From a virus, in UHGV virus genome UHGV-1351770: a stretch of 64,000 nt of DNA, one strand, 5' to 3'. Below the pieces are notes generated by a model. That model did no database searches. It saw only the letters and a program-made list of their open reading frames with translations, and was not told the DNA's origin. This document shows positions 18,347 through 28,011 of this stretch, in pieces. The number at the start of each line of letters is the position of its first letter. Within the stretch, counting starts at the first letter, position 1. A program made the translations under genes and the position numbers.

Positions 18347-18747
18347 AATTTATTAATGGCCTCTAAGAAGTTTTTCATAGTTTTTACGGTTGCGGTGCTC
18401 AGATCAAGATTTACACCCAAACACTCGGTTAACGCTGCCTGGTAAGGCGCTTTTAAACGCCCTTCAGGGACTTCTACCTTTTTGTAGGTTTTATTCTTTA
18501 CTTTATCTAGCATAGCTTCAAGAACGTTGAGAGGCAACTTCGCACCCTCAATATTCACACCAAGCATTTCGGTCAGCATGTTATTAAGATCAATACGAGT
18601 AAGTTTCTTGCCTTTAGACATAGTAGTTCCTGCCTTCTTCTCAAGTTTTTTACGCTCTGGTGAATCGAGGTCACGTAATGCGATGTTCAACTCATACGGA
18701 GCCATGTTATAATGTTCCGCCATTTGAGTATAGAAACGATCAGACAT
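18343..18747 (-). CDS. Hypothetical protein (134 aa)
   Basis: ORF. Confidence 0.45.
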   Translation of the reverse strand: MSDRFYTQMAEHYNMAPYELNIALRDLDSPERKKLEKKAGTTMSKGKKLTRIDLNNMLTEMLGVNIEGAKLPLNVLEAMLDKVKNKTYKKVEVPEGRLKAPYQAALTECLGVNLDLSTATVKTMKNFLEAINKL

Positions 18748-18822
18748 AATATATACCTCTCTTAACTAATTTATGTATATATTATACAATAACTAGGGCT
18801 AAAAGTCAACTACTTTTTTATC

Positions 18823-19239
18823 TTAATCTACTATATGTATAAATCTTTTCCTAACTAGATACATAGTTATTGGGTAAATTGAGTACATAAGTATCGGGGA
18901 GAAAAGGGTGAAATATGCTGTAACTCCCCCAGCTAACATCAAAGGTATTAATGCTAGAGTAAGGGCCATAAGAATCATGCCGAATGAAACAGCCAAAGCT
19001 ATGGATATGGGATTCTCTAGTTCCATCCATAACCAACAATATTTCGTATCTCTATGGCAATTGCATTTACAAACGCCGAATGAACCCATAATTATATACT
19101 CTAGTCCGTGAATAACCTTTATTAATAAGCTATTTCGGGTAGTTAATGCAATGATAGTAAAGACTATCATTAAAACGAATACTACTAGACTTATTTTCCA
19201 GATACCTAGCAGCATCATAGTGAATAGTTCTGCAAACAT
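18823..19239 (-). CDS. Integral membrane protein (about 4 TM, 138 aa)
   Basis: ORF, hydrophobic. Confidence 0.45.
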   Translation of the reverse strand: MFAELFTMMLLGIWKISLVVFVLMIVFTIIALTTRNSLLIKVIHGLEYIIMGSFGVCKCNCHRDTKYCWLWMELENPISIALAVSFGMILMALTLALIPLMLAGGVTAYFTLFSPILMYSIYPITMYLVRKRFIHIVD

Positions 19240-19316
19240 GGCTTTCTCCTATCTTCAAAAATTATTAAAGCCCCCTTTGCCTAAAAAGGCGGGAATATTC
19301 CCGCCTCAATTATTAA

Positions 19317-19730
19317 TTAAACTAGTTCGACATGACCGCCATCATAGGTACCACGTTTTATTTCATCGTGATAATCTCCCGAAGCATTCCAATCGGCACC
19401 AAAACGAAGTTTAATGCCTAGTTCTTTACCAGCTTGTTCAAAAGCCTTTTTAACTGCCCAAAATGCTTCTAGGTCATTCCAATCAATCTTGCCATTAATG
19501 TATGGAGCAAAATCAAGAGCATCTCCAGTAATATGCTTGCTTTTACTAGGATCTTTTAAAAATGAAGTACCATTAGCAATATTCTGGGCACTTTGTGCTA
19601 CTGTACGAATACCCTGTACGATCGTGAAATCATATGGAGATAATTCTAAAGCTCTACGAGCTACTTTTTGTAGCTCTGGCTTAACGGTAGCTAATTGTTT
19701 TTCGCTATTTTTACCAAATTTAAAACTCAT
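19317..19730 (-). CDS. lys: Endolysin, peptidase M15 family (L-alanoyl-D-glutamate peptidase), 137 aa
   Basis: Length identical to T5 endolysin (137 aa); followed immediately upstream by 218-aa holin as in T5. Confidence 0.7.
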   Translation of the reverse strand: MSFKFGKNSEKQLATVKPELQKVARRALELSPYDFTIVQGIRTVAQSAQNIANGTSFLKDPSKSKHITGDALDFAPYINGKIDWNDLEAFWAVKKAFEQAGKELGIKLRFGADWNASGDYHDEIKRGTYDGGHVELV

Positions 19731-20383
19731 ATTGATCTACCTAAAGATCTCTGTTGTGGGGAACAGAGCTTTGTTAAATACTCGTTAAATTTCTCAGAAT
19801 CGGCTGCATCTACAGGATTATCTTTCCAAGCAATACCAATATACCCAGCATAGATATTGTTTAGATTGAAATACGGACAAGTGTATATGTAATTAAAAGT
19901 AACGTTCTTAAACGCAGGTATATTTAACCCCATGTATTTATTTACTTTTACACTTAAATCCGATGCGTAGTTAAAGCCTTCCAAGTGACGTCTATATAGC
20001 TCAGACGTTTTATTTACCGCTTTATCGGCCAAGTCAGCCCTATCTAATTGCGCATTGCTTTCCCATGCAATAATGTTAGAATAATCATTAATGGCATCGG
20101 GTTTATACTTGACGACAAAAACAGCATCCGCACCCGTTTGAGAAAAGAGTACCATGCTCTTTTCTCTAGCTACATTAGGAAAGTTATCTATCCTTTGAGT
20201 TTGAACATCCTGTAGAACCGCAGACGTGGAGAAAGTCTTTAAGAATGACATCACCTCGCTAGTATTACTAACAAATAAGAAAATAATGACAGCAACTAAG
20301 ATAGTTAGCAGACGTTTAAGAAGCGATGCTGGATCTTTCGCTTCTTGGAGCAGTACCGTTAATAATTGTAAGAACTTTTCCAA
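19727..20383 (-). CDS. hol: Holin (218 aa, N-terminal TM)
   Basis: Size and position relative to endolysin as in T5; TM segment. Confidence 0.6.
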   Translation of the reverse strand: MEKFLQLLTVLLQEAKDPASLLKRLLTILVAVIIFLFVSNTSEVMSFLKTFSTSAVLQDVQTQRIDNFPNVAREKSMVLFSQTGADAVFVVKYKPDAINDYSNIIAWESNAQLDRADLADKAVNKTSELYRRHLEGFNYASDLSVKVNKYMGLNIPAFKNVTFNYIYTCPYFNLNNIYAGYIGIAWKDNPVDAADSEKFNEYLTKLCSPQQRSLGRSI

Positions 20384-20539
20384 TTGTAACCTCCTCTAAC
20401 CAGTACCATTATACTAATTTTGGAGGAAAATTACAATGTGTTTTTAAAGATCACTTCTGGAGCATAAAATTTTGTCGTTGTCAAGAAGAATTTTAGATAA
20501 AAGAAAAGCCAGGGTCGTTAAACCCTGGCTTAAAATTAC

Positions 20540-21139
20540 TTACTCTTCGTTATGCTCCTCGGATTGAGGTAACTGGGCTTTATTATATTGCTCAGATCGA
20601 TATTTTGCCAAGATTTCAATACGCTTATGGATTTCTTTGCTATCTAGATAGATATTTTTGTTGTCTTTTACCATCTCGTCGATTTCGTCTATAGAGAAGA
20701 ACGGATAGTAGACATCTAGCATCATATCTTCTACGAACTTGTTGTAAGATTCATAGGCTTTCTTGATTTCTTGACCCTTCTCACAGAATCCGCCAGAGAA
20801 CGTGTGTCCCATTAGCGTAGCATGTGGATGTACTACCCATCCATGACAGGATAGGAAAATTGTGCAGTAAGCAGAAGCACTAGGACCAATCAGGTGTCCT
20901 ATAACTGTTCCACGGCAATTAGCAATTAAGTTAGATAACTGTGCAGCAGTATCAACATAACCACCAGGGCCATTAATCATCAGATTAATTTCGTCGTCCT
21001 CATTTGCTTGCATAAGTACCATTGATAAATCACGGTATTCATCCGGCGGGCCTAATTCTTCATCAAAGAAAAAGGTATACTCATTAGATTGGCGAATGGA
21101 GTGAAACAGGTTAGTCTTTTCTTCTTTTTTATTAGTCAT
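20540..21139 (-). CDS. ClpP-like serine protease (peptidase S14-like; INGPGGYV and GPSAS motifs)
   Basis: Motif similarity to ClpP seen in translation. Confidence 0.5.
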   Translation of the reverse strand: MTNKKEEKTNLFHSIRQSNEYTFFFDEELGPPDEYRDLSMVLMQANEDDEINLMINGPGGYVDTAAQLSNLIANCRGTVIGHLIGPSASAYCTIFLSCHGWVVHPHATLMGHTFSGGFCEKGQEIKKAYESYNKFVEDMMLDVYYPFFSIDEIDEMVKDNKNIYLDSKEIHKRIEILAKYRSEQYNKAQLPQSEEHNEE

Positions 21140-21151
21140 AGCGATCCTTGA

Positions 21152-21904
21152 TTATCCAACTAGTGGTTCTAGCTCTAAGTCACAGAAGTTATAAACTTCT
21201 AGTTTAAGATTATTGATACCATCGAATTTATTAACTAATTCGTGAGTAATATATTTTGCAGGAATACCACTTTCAGATGGATGATCTGATTTAATAGTGA
21301 ACTTCTGCTCAGCGGGTACTACATTTACTATCAAAGAATCCATATCTAAATGATTTGTTTCTCTGAGTAACTCTCCTTCATTGGGGAATCTAACATCTGT
21401 TATTACGGCGACATCTGGGTCGTCTTTAGCGATGGATTGCTCCAGAATTATGAGCCAAATGCGTTCATGCACCAGCTGCCTTCCTAGCTCTGTCCCTACG
21501 AGCTGTAACATTTTTCTCGGAGAAATAAATAAACTATAAAGTCCGTCTTCTTTATTCTCTGAGATAAGTTGTTGAGGATTAAGATATTTTTCCTCAAAAA
21601 TAGGCCAAACGTACGAGAAGTCTTCAAACTTATCGATACCATACTTAAACCACACATCTCTGGCTCGCTCCAGTTGAGATTGTGTGACCGTAAACCATTG
21701 GTCAATCTCTTTTCCCCTGCGCTCTCCTAGAAACTCTGGAGTTACACCGAGGATTACGGATGCAAGTTCATAAACGGGCTTAGCAAAACTATAACGACGG
21801 GATAAACACGTTGGATACGTGTCATTACACCAATCGATAATTAATTTTGCAACGGTATCTTTTCCCGAACCAGCTTCACCATGTAAACCAACTAATACTG
21901 ACAT
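21152..21904 (-). CDS. dnk: Deoxynucleoside monophosphate kinase (P-loop GEAGSGKDT), 250 aa
   Basis: Walker A motif; size matches T5 dNMP kinase (250 aa). Confidence 0.65.
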   Translation of the reverse strand: MSVLVGLHGEAGSGKDTVAKLIIDWCNDTYPTCLSRRYSFAKPVYELASVILGVTPEFLGERRGKEIDQWFTVTQSQLERARDVWFKYGIDKFEDFSYVWPIFEEKYLNPQQLISENKEDGLYSLFISPRKMLQLVGTELGRQLVHERIWLIILEQSIAKDDPDVAVITDVRFPNEGELLRETNHLDMDSLIVNVVPAEQKFTIKSDHPSESGIPAKYITHELVNKFDGINNLKLEVYNFCDLELEPLVG

Positions 21905-22257
21905 TAATCTTTCCTATTGTTAATTGGTGGATAGTAAACTAAGCAACGTTTTTCTTGTAAATCTTGGCGATAGAAGCAAACCATACCAGTCAGTCGTGAA
22001 ATGTAAGAGTAAACTGCTTCCTCACATTTTGCTTTTGCATTCCAATCTTTATATGGTACAACAACTACTACTCCATCTTCTCCATTTGTAGCTAGTTTCT
22101 TTTCAAACTTAAAGTCAAAGCTACAAGGTTGAAGTCCTTTAGGCCAGTCTACATGAGCTTGCTTTAACTCATGAGATGGCTCTGGTTTTATTTCTTCTGC
22201 ACAGCCTGTGATTGTGATTGCGGCTGCGAGCAGTATTCCAAGTTTCCAGTTAAACAC
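21904..22257 (-). CDS. Outer-membrane lipoprotein, o-spanin-like (lipobox ITGC)
   Basis: Signal peptide plus lipobox; overlaps i-spanin-like gene. Confidence 0.5.
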   Translation of the reverse strand: MFNWKLGILLAAAITITGCAEEIKPEPSHELKQAHVDWPKGLQPCSFDFKFEKKLATNGEDGVVVVVPYKDWNAKAKCEEAVYSYISRLTGMVCFYRQDLQEKRCLVYYPPINNRKD

Positions 22258-22637
22258 GCTAATCTTTCCTCGAACTCTTTACTCTGCTTTTTAGCAATTA
22301 ATGTTACCAATCCAGGCTTTGCAGCTATAATATCTTGGCGACTAAGAGCTTTATCTAACTGCTTAATCTTTTTGTCTAGATCTGCTTGCGAAATATTATT
22401 CATTGTGAAATACTGATTCATTCTAGTCTCACGAAGTTCACTTTCAGCTTTCACCTTATTAAGGGAAGTCTCTAGAGAAGAAATCTTTTTAGTAGCTACC
22501 GCAAGATCTCCCGCTAAAGTCTCCACTTTATCTACTAAGTGATAAGCACCGAATCCGATGCCTATCGCTAGACCTGCTCCCAGGATATACCACTTACCGT
22601 GCCATATTCCTGAAAGAAGTTTTTGTATCAAATCCAT
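22188..22637 (-). CDS. i-spanin-like protein (N-terminal TM plus periplasmic coiled coil)
   Basis: Architecture; 70-bp overlap with lipoprotein gene typical of spanin pairs. Confidence 0.5.
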   Translation of the reverse strand: MDLIQKLLSGIWHGKWYILGAGLAIGIGFGAYHLVDKVETLAGDLAVATKKISSLETSLNKVKAESELRETRMNQYFTMNNISQADLDKKIKQLDKALSRQDIIAAKPGLVTLIAKKQSKEFEERLACLTGNLEYCSQPQSQSQAVQKK

Positions 22638-23292
22638 GTGCTGCTAACCTGTCTTTATCTGATACTTTAATCATATCAGGCTCACCAGTTCCTAGTACAC
22701 CGAAGATATACTGTTCGAGAACTTGGTGTAAACGGTATAAGTTACTTTCAATTTCCTGCCACGGAATACCTGACTGATGGAAACGAATGTTAGTCTGAAT
22801 CACGAAGTTACGAACATCATCGTTATCGTTCTTTTTAATACCTTTCACATATGCAATCGGTACACGCAGTTCGGATAAGATACGTTCTGCTTTAGGTTTT
22901 GCTTCAGCGAGCAAATCACGCATTGTTTCACGAACATCTCCGCGACTCTTATCCATTAAGTAATGGCGAGCATGCAATCCCATCTCTTCCATTTTATCGA
23001 ACATAGTGTCGAGGTTGAACGTTTTGAAGCTAAATGCTGGATGCCAGCAATACAGCTCGTGCAACCAGTAAACTTCACCTGCAACAAATAGTGGGTTTAC
23101 AAAATATTCGAAATCACCACGAAAAGATAGCGAGCCATCACGAAATACCTGGCGAGTATGCACAATGTTCTTTTCTGCATCATCGGTTACTTTAACCAGG
23201 AACTCCTCAGTTTTACGTTCCCACACACGATCTGGGTCGAACAAACTGTTCTGCAAATCATACACATCGGCGAACTTAGAAATAATCCTCAT
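22594..23292 (-). CDS. Hypothetical protein (232 aa)
   Basis: ORF. Confidence 0.5.
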   Translation of the reverse strand: MRIISKFADVYDLQNSLFDPDRVWERKTEEFLVKVTDDAEKNIVHTRQVFRDGSLSFRGDFEYFVNPLFVAGEVYWLHELYCWHPAFSFKTFNLDTMFDKMEEMGLHARHYLMDKSRGDVRETMRDLLAEAKPKAERILSELRVPIAYVKGIKKNDNDDVRNFVIQTNIRFHQSGIPWQEIESNLYRLHQVLEQYIFGVLGTGEPDMIKVSDKDRLAAHGFDTKTSFRNMAR

Positions 23293-23446
23293 ATTTAATC
23301 CTCTTGCCTCAATCTATAAACATATTATACAAAAGTTTGGGCATCTAAGCAACTAAAATTTTATTATAAAAATAGCCCAGTCGCAAAAGTGCAGGCTGGG
23401 CTTTGTCATTATTTGCTTTTGCTAGTAAGTTGATTTAGTATCAATC

Positions 23447-23827
23447 TTATGTAATATTAGTTTCTCTAGCTTTGCGTAGTACCCCTGCATTTCTCCACAA
23501 TTTGATATCAGCAACTGTTTCTTTATATGGAGCAATGGTAGAACCAATTGGGCCAGCAACTAATAGTCCAAAGAACCCTACAATACGCATGTAGAACAAG
23601 CATTCTTTGGCTGTCATATTATTTACTGCTTTTTTCTGCTTTTCATCTTTAAACTTCTGTTCTTGATCATCAATACGTAGATACTTAACAAACCATTCAG
23701 CAGAATGTTCATCCAAATGTCTAATAATAGCTATCGCATATACAGTACCGATTAAAAACCAAGTTGTAACAAGAATTAGTAATATAGTCATATTATCTCC
23801 AGTTAGGGCTAGCAGCCACCTCACCAC
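23447..23827 (-). CDS. Membrane protein (126 aa)
   Basis: ORF, hydrophobic. Confidence 0.45.
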   Translation of the reverse strand: MVRWLLALTGDNMTILLILVTTWFLIGTVYAIAIIRHLDEHSAEWFVKYLRIDDQEQKFKDEKQKKAVNNMTAKECLFYMRIVGFFGLLVAGPIGSTIAPYKETVADIKLWRNAGVLRKARETNIT

Positions 23828-23923
23828 TTACCGCACTAAGGGGCACGACTCCCTTATCCGTAACAGTTGCAGGTGACGCAACTCGGTCCTACGCGAGTTC
23901 TTTAGGTATTCTGCATTTCAGCT

Positions 23924-24187
23924 TTAAATTTTTTCTATATTACGAGTCTTTCTATAAAAGAAAAACACAGATGTTGGGCCTAGAAGAATATCCACAATAA
24001 ATATCATAGATCTAGCACATCTGAGTAATGTTTTATCATCAAGAGGAGGCAGATCTAACGGTCGAGTTTTATGTATAACGTATAATATTACATCTTTATT
24101 CTTAGAAATATACAGATCATCAACCAAGCTGTAAATAGCTACTATAGATCCAATGACGAACCAAAGAGCAAATGGAGAGATAATCAT
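23924..24187 (-). CDS. Small membrane protein (87 aa)
   Basis: ORF. Confidence 0.4.
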   Translation of the reverse strand: MIISPFALWFVIGSIVAIYSLVDDLYISKNKDVILYVIHKTRPLDLPPLDDKTLLRCARSMIFIVDILLGPTSVFFFYRKTRNIEKI

Positions 24188-24480
24188 TTCAGATCCTTTT
24201 CATTAATTAGAATATTAGTAAACAGTGGAGTAACTCCTAGACTCATAGTAGGTCCAAACGTATTCATGGCTGCCCACAATTGCATAGTGATCATCCCATC
24301 TTTAATCTCTGGATCTTTATATTCTTCGATACGTTTTTTGGCAAAGGCAACTACATCTGGAGTACTACCGTTCTTTACAACATGATCATGCCAAAACTGA
24401 GCGTTTTCACTCCGTAGGAATGTTAAAACATCCTTAGTTGCTGGAATCTGCACTGTGCTATTGATGTTTAGTCTTTTCAC
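24184..24480 (-). CDS. Hypothetical protein (98 aa)
   Basis: ORF. Confidence 0.45.
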   Translation of the reverse strand: MKRLNINSTVQIPATKDVLTFLRSENAQFWHDHVVKNGSTPDVVAFAKKRIEEYKDPEIKDGMITMQLWAAMNTFGPTMSLGVTPLFTNILINEKDLK

Positions 24481-24877
24481 GTTCTTCTCTCCGACGTTTA
24501 CTTTCTTTCATCATATGAGCTGCTACAACTTCATGGTAGTAGTCATTAATGTTACCTTCTGGCAGGAAATGCTTTATAGTCTCTAACTGACAAATAACTC
24601 GATGAAGATGGCTATTTGGTAGACACAATTTTATACCTGCAACAAATCCAGAGAAGCCTGGAACACTGAACATGGGTTGGGCTTCTACTCTACCTTCAGA
24701 GTTGATATTAAGCTCAATTGAGATACCCATTTTCATACTATAAAGCTGGCAATATTCTCCATTACCAGACCTTGACCAAACAGTGAAATCCTCATCAATT
24801 TGATCTTGGATTTCTGTAATTGCAAATTTAATTCTAGGGTCTAAATTATTCATCTTCACCTTCAAAGTCGCAATCAT
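24458..24877 (-). CDS. Hypothetical protein (139 aa)
   Basis: ORF. Confidence 0.45.
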   Translation of the reverse strand: MIATLKVKMNNLDPRIKFAITEIQDQIDEDFTVWSRSGNGEYCQLYSMKMGISIELNINSEGRVEAQPMFSVPGFSGFVAGIKLCLPNSHLHRVICQLETIKHFLPEGNINDYYHEVVAAHMMKESKRRREEREKTKHQ

Positions 24878-25145
24878 AACGACAAGTAAAAGAACTGGAG
24901 CTATTAGTACGTTGAGTGGTTATTTCACCACGTTTGCTAATAGTAACGGCTGGATTAGAGAAGTTTTTATTAGTATAGATTTCTACTTTACCATTACGTT
25001 CCTTAACATCACGAACTTTACCATACTCGGTAATAATGCCGTTCTGTTGAACTTTAACATTACCATTTTTCATAGAAACTTTGGTAGATGCCAGAGAACC
25101 GAAACTAACTGCGGAGATCATCAGTGCAATAATAAACTTATTCAT
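24846..25145 (-). CDS. Secreted protein with signal peptide (about 99 aa)
   Basis: ORF; start moved to MNKF after GGGAGG RBS; N-terminal signal sequence. Confidence 0.4.
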   Translation of the reverse strand: MNKFIIALMISAVSFGSLASTKVSMKNGNVKVQQNGIITEYGKVRDVKERNGKVEIYTNKNFSNPAVTISKRGEITTQRTNSSSSFTCRYDCDFEGEDE

Positions 25146-25419
25146 CTTCATCCTCCCCACTACAATCACGACATACATCATAATCGTTGAAAGAACGTTC
25201 GTGAGCTTCACACCACCAAGAACAAGAATCGCAGAGAAACATTTCGGTTTTCTCCAGTGCTTGGCCTAAAAGATCATCAGCCTCCTCAGCAGTAATCTTC
25301 AATCCGCACACATCTGCTACACGTTCTTTAATTAAGCGACCTGCTTCGTGGTAAGACATACAGGTTCCCGCAACATCATGTTCAAGAACATGAACAGCAC
25401 AGTCTAGACGAGTTTTCAT
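25138..25419 (-). CDS. Cys-rich protein (CDSCSWWC..CRDC), possible zinc-binding
   Basis: ORF. Confidence 0.4.
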   Translation of the reverse strand: MKTRLDCAVHVLEHDVAGTCMSYHEAGRLIKERVADVCGLKITAEEADDLLGQALEKTEMFLCDSCSWWCEAHERSFNDYDVCRDCSGEDEDE

Positions 25420-25495
25420 TTCAAACCTCTCTCATCAATTTATAAACATATTATAGCAAGAAAAGAGAGGTTTAGCAAATGAATTATTTCAGAAT

Positions 25496-25843
25496 TTAGT
25501 CATAGCACCACCATAACCCACGCTTACGCATGTCATGATCGCGATTATAATCATAATTTTCTGGGTCTTTCATCACGCGGTGGAGTTCTTGACGATTCCC
25601 TTGACGAACCATTTTATTAGAATGCCACTTAACATTCTTACTAATAGAATTCCAGTTATAACCATCCTTTTTCTCATTACGAATGGTTGCTTCCTTCATT
25701 TCTTTCTTGATGTCGTCCCAGGATTTGGCATAAATAACACGAATCCAGTAGCCATTTTCTTTGATGAAAGAATATTCTTGAGAGAATTGTTCTTTAGACT
25801 TCCACCACTGATCACCAGATTGTTTACGATAAGTACGGCTCAT
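25496..25843 (-). CDS. Hypothetical basic protein (115 aa)
   Basis: ORF. Confidence 0.45.
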   Translation of the reverse strand: MSRTYRKQSGDQWWKSKEQFSQEYSFIKENGYWIRVIYAKSWDDIKKEMKEATIRNEKKDGYNWNSISKNVKWHSNKMVRQGNRQELHRVMKDPENYDYNRDHDMRKRGLWWCYD

Positions 25844-25964
25844 ATTACCTCCATTAAGTCTTTTAAATTAACCTAATGTGGATGAATTTTATTATACATA
25901 TATTATGTACCTTTATACAGAAAAACCCCAGACTACTTATTCAATAGCTGGGGTTTGTTATTAA

Positions 25965-26279
25965 TTACAGATCGGGGCGTTCATCTTCGAAACAACCTGA
26001 GCTGATTCCTTCTCCGAATCCTACAAAGCCATCAAATTCATCATTTGAGATGTCCGCAATCATTGCTTCCATTTTCCTGATCTCCGAGGTTTTCATACCT
26101 GCTTTACTATTCTTATAATATTTGCGAGGGTTCCCACACATCCAACAAGAACAGATGCAAGGAGTAGTAGTGATAATACCTAACCGCTTAGGGCTTTCTT
26201 CATGTGGAAAGACTGTCCAGTACTTCTTGCGGTTGTTCTTCACACGTTGCCGGTGATGACGTCTTAATGCTCGATCCAC
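25965..26279 (-). CDS. Cys-rich protein (CICSCWMCGNPRKY)
   Basis: ORF. Confidence 0.4.
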   Translation of the reverse strand: MDRALRRHHRQRVKNNRKKYWTVFPHEESPKRLGIITTTPCICSCWMCGNPRKYYKNSKAGMKTSEIRKMEAMIADISNDEFDGFVGFGEGISSGCFEDERPDL

Positions 26280-26360
26280 ACATTTCTCCTAAAACTTGGG
26301 AGATAAATGGAGTTTGCTCGACTACCTTGCGTAGTTCGGAGAAACCATATCCAAACCCCA

Positions 26361-26729
26361 TTACATCGCCTGAGTAAATGTACGACTAATAACGTCGTTC
26401 TGTTGTTCACGAGTCAATGCGTTAAATCGAACAGCATAGCCAGAGACACGGATAGTCAATTGAGGATATTTTTCAGGATGTTTCTGTGCATCCAAAAGCT
26501 GATCACGGCTTAACACATTGACATTTAGGTGCTGACCCCCTTCGATTTGAGGGGCGACTTCCACTTTGACTTCACGGAAGGCTTCGGGATCGAATTGTGG
26601 TGTGATACCTTCTAGATCTTCAACTAGAACTTTCTGTTTAAGTTCACCATTGTCGGAGTATAGCTGAATAATCTGATTTTCATGAACAAGGTTAATTACG
26701 CCAGATTTAAGATTTTGATATGCTTTCAT
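26361..26729 (-). CDS. GrcA (YfiD)-like autonomous glycyl radical cofactor protein (122 aa)
   Basis: C-terminal [43 protein letters not shown] matches E. coli GrcA / PFL glycyl-radical domain nearly residue for residue. Confidence 0.7.
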   Translation of the reverse strand: MKAYQNLKSGVINLVHENQIIQLYSDNGELKQKVLVEDLEGITPQFDPEAFREVKVEVAPQIEGGQHLNVNVLSRDQLLDAQKHPEKYPQLTIRVSGYAVRFNALTREQQNDVISRTFTQAM

Positions 26730-26752
26730 TAGATCTCCCCGATGTTAGAATT

Positions 26753-26828
26753 TGGTAGTTAGTAGTGGATTTGAACCACTGTAGTCGCTCCGTATGAAGG
26801 AGGTGCATAACCACTCTGCCAACTAACT
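26753..26828 (-). tRNA. tRNA-Met (anticodon CAT)
   Basis: Manual cloverleaf fold: 7-bp acceptor, T-loop TTCAAAT, anticodon loop TTCATAC, encoded CCA. Confidence 0.75.
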
Positions 26829-26924
26829 ATTATGTTTTACTAGACTAAGTAAGTATTCTTTATACTCTTTGGACCAATTAGCTTTTTTAAACTTTCCTGG
26901 ACGCATAGTCTTAGTTCCTAAATT

Positions 26925-27001
26925 TGGTACTCCGGGAGGGATTTAAACCCCCGATCTCTCGGTTATCAGCCGAGTGCTTTAGATCGCTAAGCTACCGAAG
27001 C
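26925..27001 (-). tRNA. tRNA-Ile (GAT)
   Basis: Manual fold: D-stem GCTT/AAGC, anticodon stem CTCGG/CCGAG, loop CTGATAA. Confidence 0.8.
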
Positions 27002-27751
27002 ATTAACATTTTACAGTAGAACGTTTACCATTTCTAGGCGCACCTGGAAGTCGAGCACGTTCTGCCATTCTTCTCTTAATCTTTGAGATATTTTCTAGTG
27101 TTTGTTCTTCAGGCTTAATGCCTGAAACACTACACCACTGATTACCATCCCATGCAGTAATGATCATAACACCATTACCCATAATCTTTTCTGTGAAAGT
27201 AATTCTCATTATAGCAACTCGTCTAAGCAAGAGGTATATTTAAATTTACCATCTTTATCTACTTTGATTTCAACCTCCGCTCGTGGTACTTGACGAACTA
27301 CACCATGAATCATCTTATAGCGAATGCCTTTAGCTGGTTCACGATCTTTTGGAAATACTTGCTTAACCGTTACTACCTTGTACTCATCATGCGGTGTTAG
27401 TACAACTACTTGATCGCCCTCTTTGATTTTCCAAGAGCCAGGAAATTCGTAAGTATAACGTTGACCACCAGTTTGGAACACAACAGAAAGATAACGTTTC
27501 ATTTGGTTTCCCTCTCATTAATTTATATAAATATTATAACAAGAAATAAGAGAGAAGGCAAATGAATTTTTAATAAAGTTTAGTCACTTCATAAACTATA
27601 CTACGAGATTCTTTATTACGTTGTATTAAATTAGCGTATGCTTCTTCAGCTTCATTTTTAGTATTAAAGTCTATAACGTGGGAGGTATTAGTTCTGTTTG
27701 ATTGGCTATACCAGATAACTACTAGGAGTTTAAACATACTAGTCCTTAAAT

Positions 27752-27838
27752 TGGTGCTGGGCACAGGATTCGAACCTGCAACGGGATTACTCCTCCTGAT
27801 TACAAATCAGGTGCATTCAACCATTCTGCCAACCCAGC
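27752..27838 (-). tRNA. 87-nt class II-type tRNA (3-bp D-stem, 11-nt D-loop, 15-nt variable arm, A73) carrying anticodon TGT (Thr codons)
   Basis: Manual fold: acceptor GCTGGGT/GCCCAGC, anticodon stem CCTGA/TCAGG, loop TTTGTAA. Confidence 0.55.
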
Positions 27839-27846
27839 AGAACCCG

Positions 27847-28011
27847 TTATTTCAACGGGATTTCTTTTTCAATAACAGGAGACTTATCAGTCATGACTGT
27901 CATTGCCATTTGTTGTAGAAATTCAAAGGTGAAGGCTACACGTTCTTCACCAATCTCTACTTCTACACGTTTCTTTTGTTTGTCGATCTTAACTTTTAGG
28001 TTATCAGCCAT
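27847..28011 (-). CDS. Hypothetical protein (54 aa)
   Basis: ORF below track cutoff; manual translation. Confidence 0.3.
   Translation of the reverse strand: MADNLKVKIDKQKKRVEVEIGEERVAFTFEFLQQMAMTVMTDKSPVIEKEIPLK

Noticed and set aside
27841-27866. Hairpin AACCCGTT-ATTTC-AACGGGATT plus T-run, initially read as a plus-strand terminator
   Set aside because: Falls inside a plausible 54-aa leftward ORF (27847-28011) and duplicates part of the adjacent tRNA variable arm; no rightward transcript to terminate.
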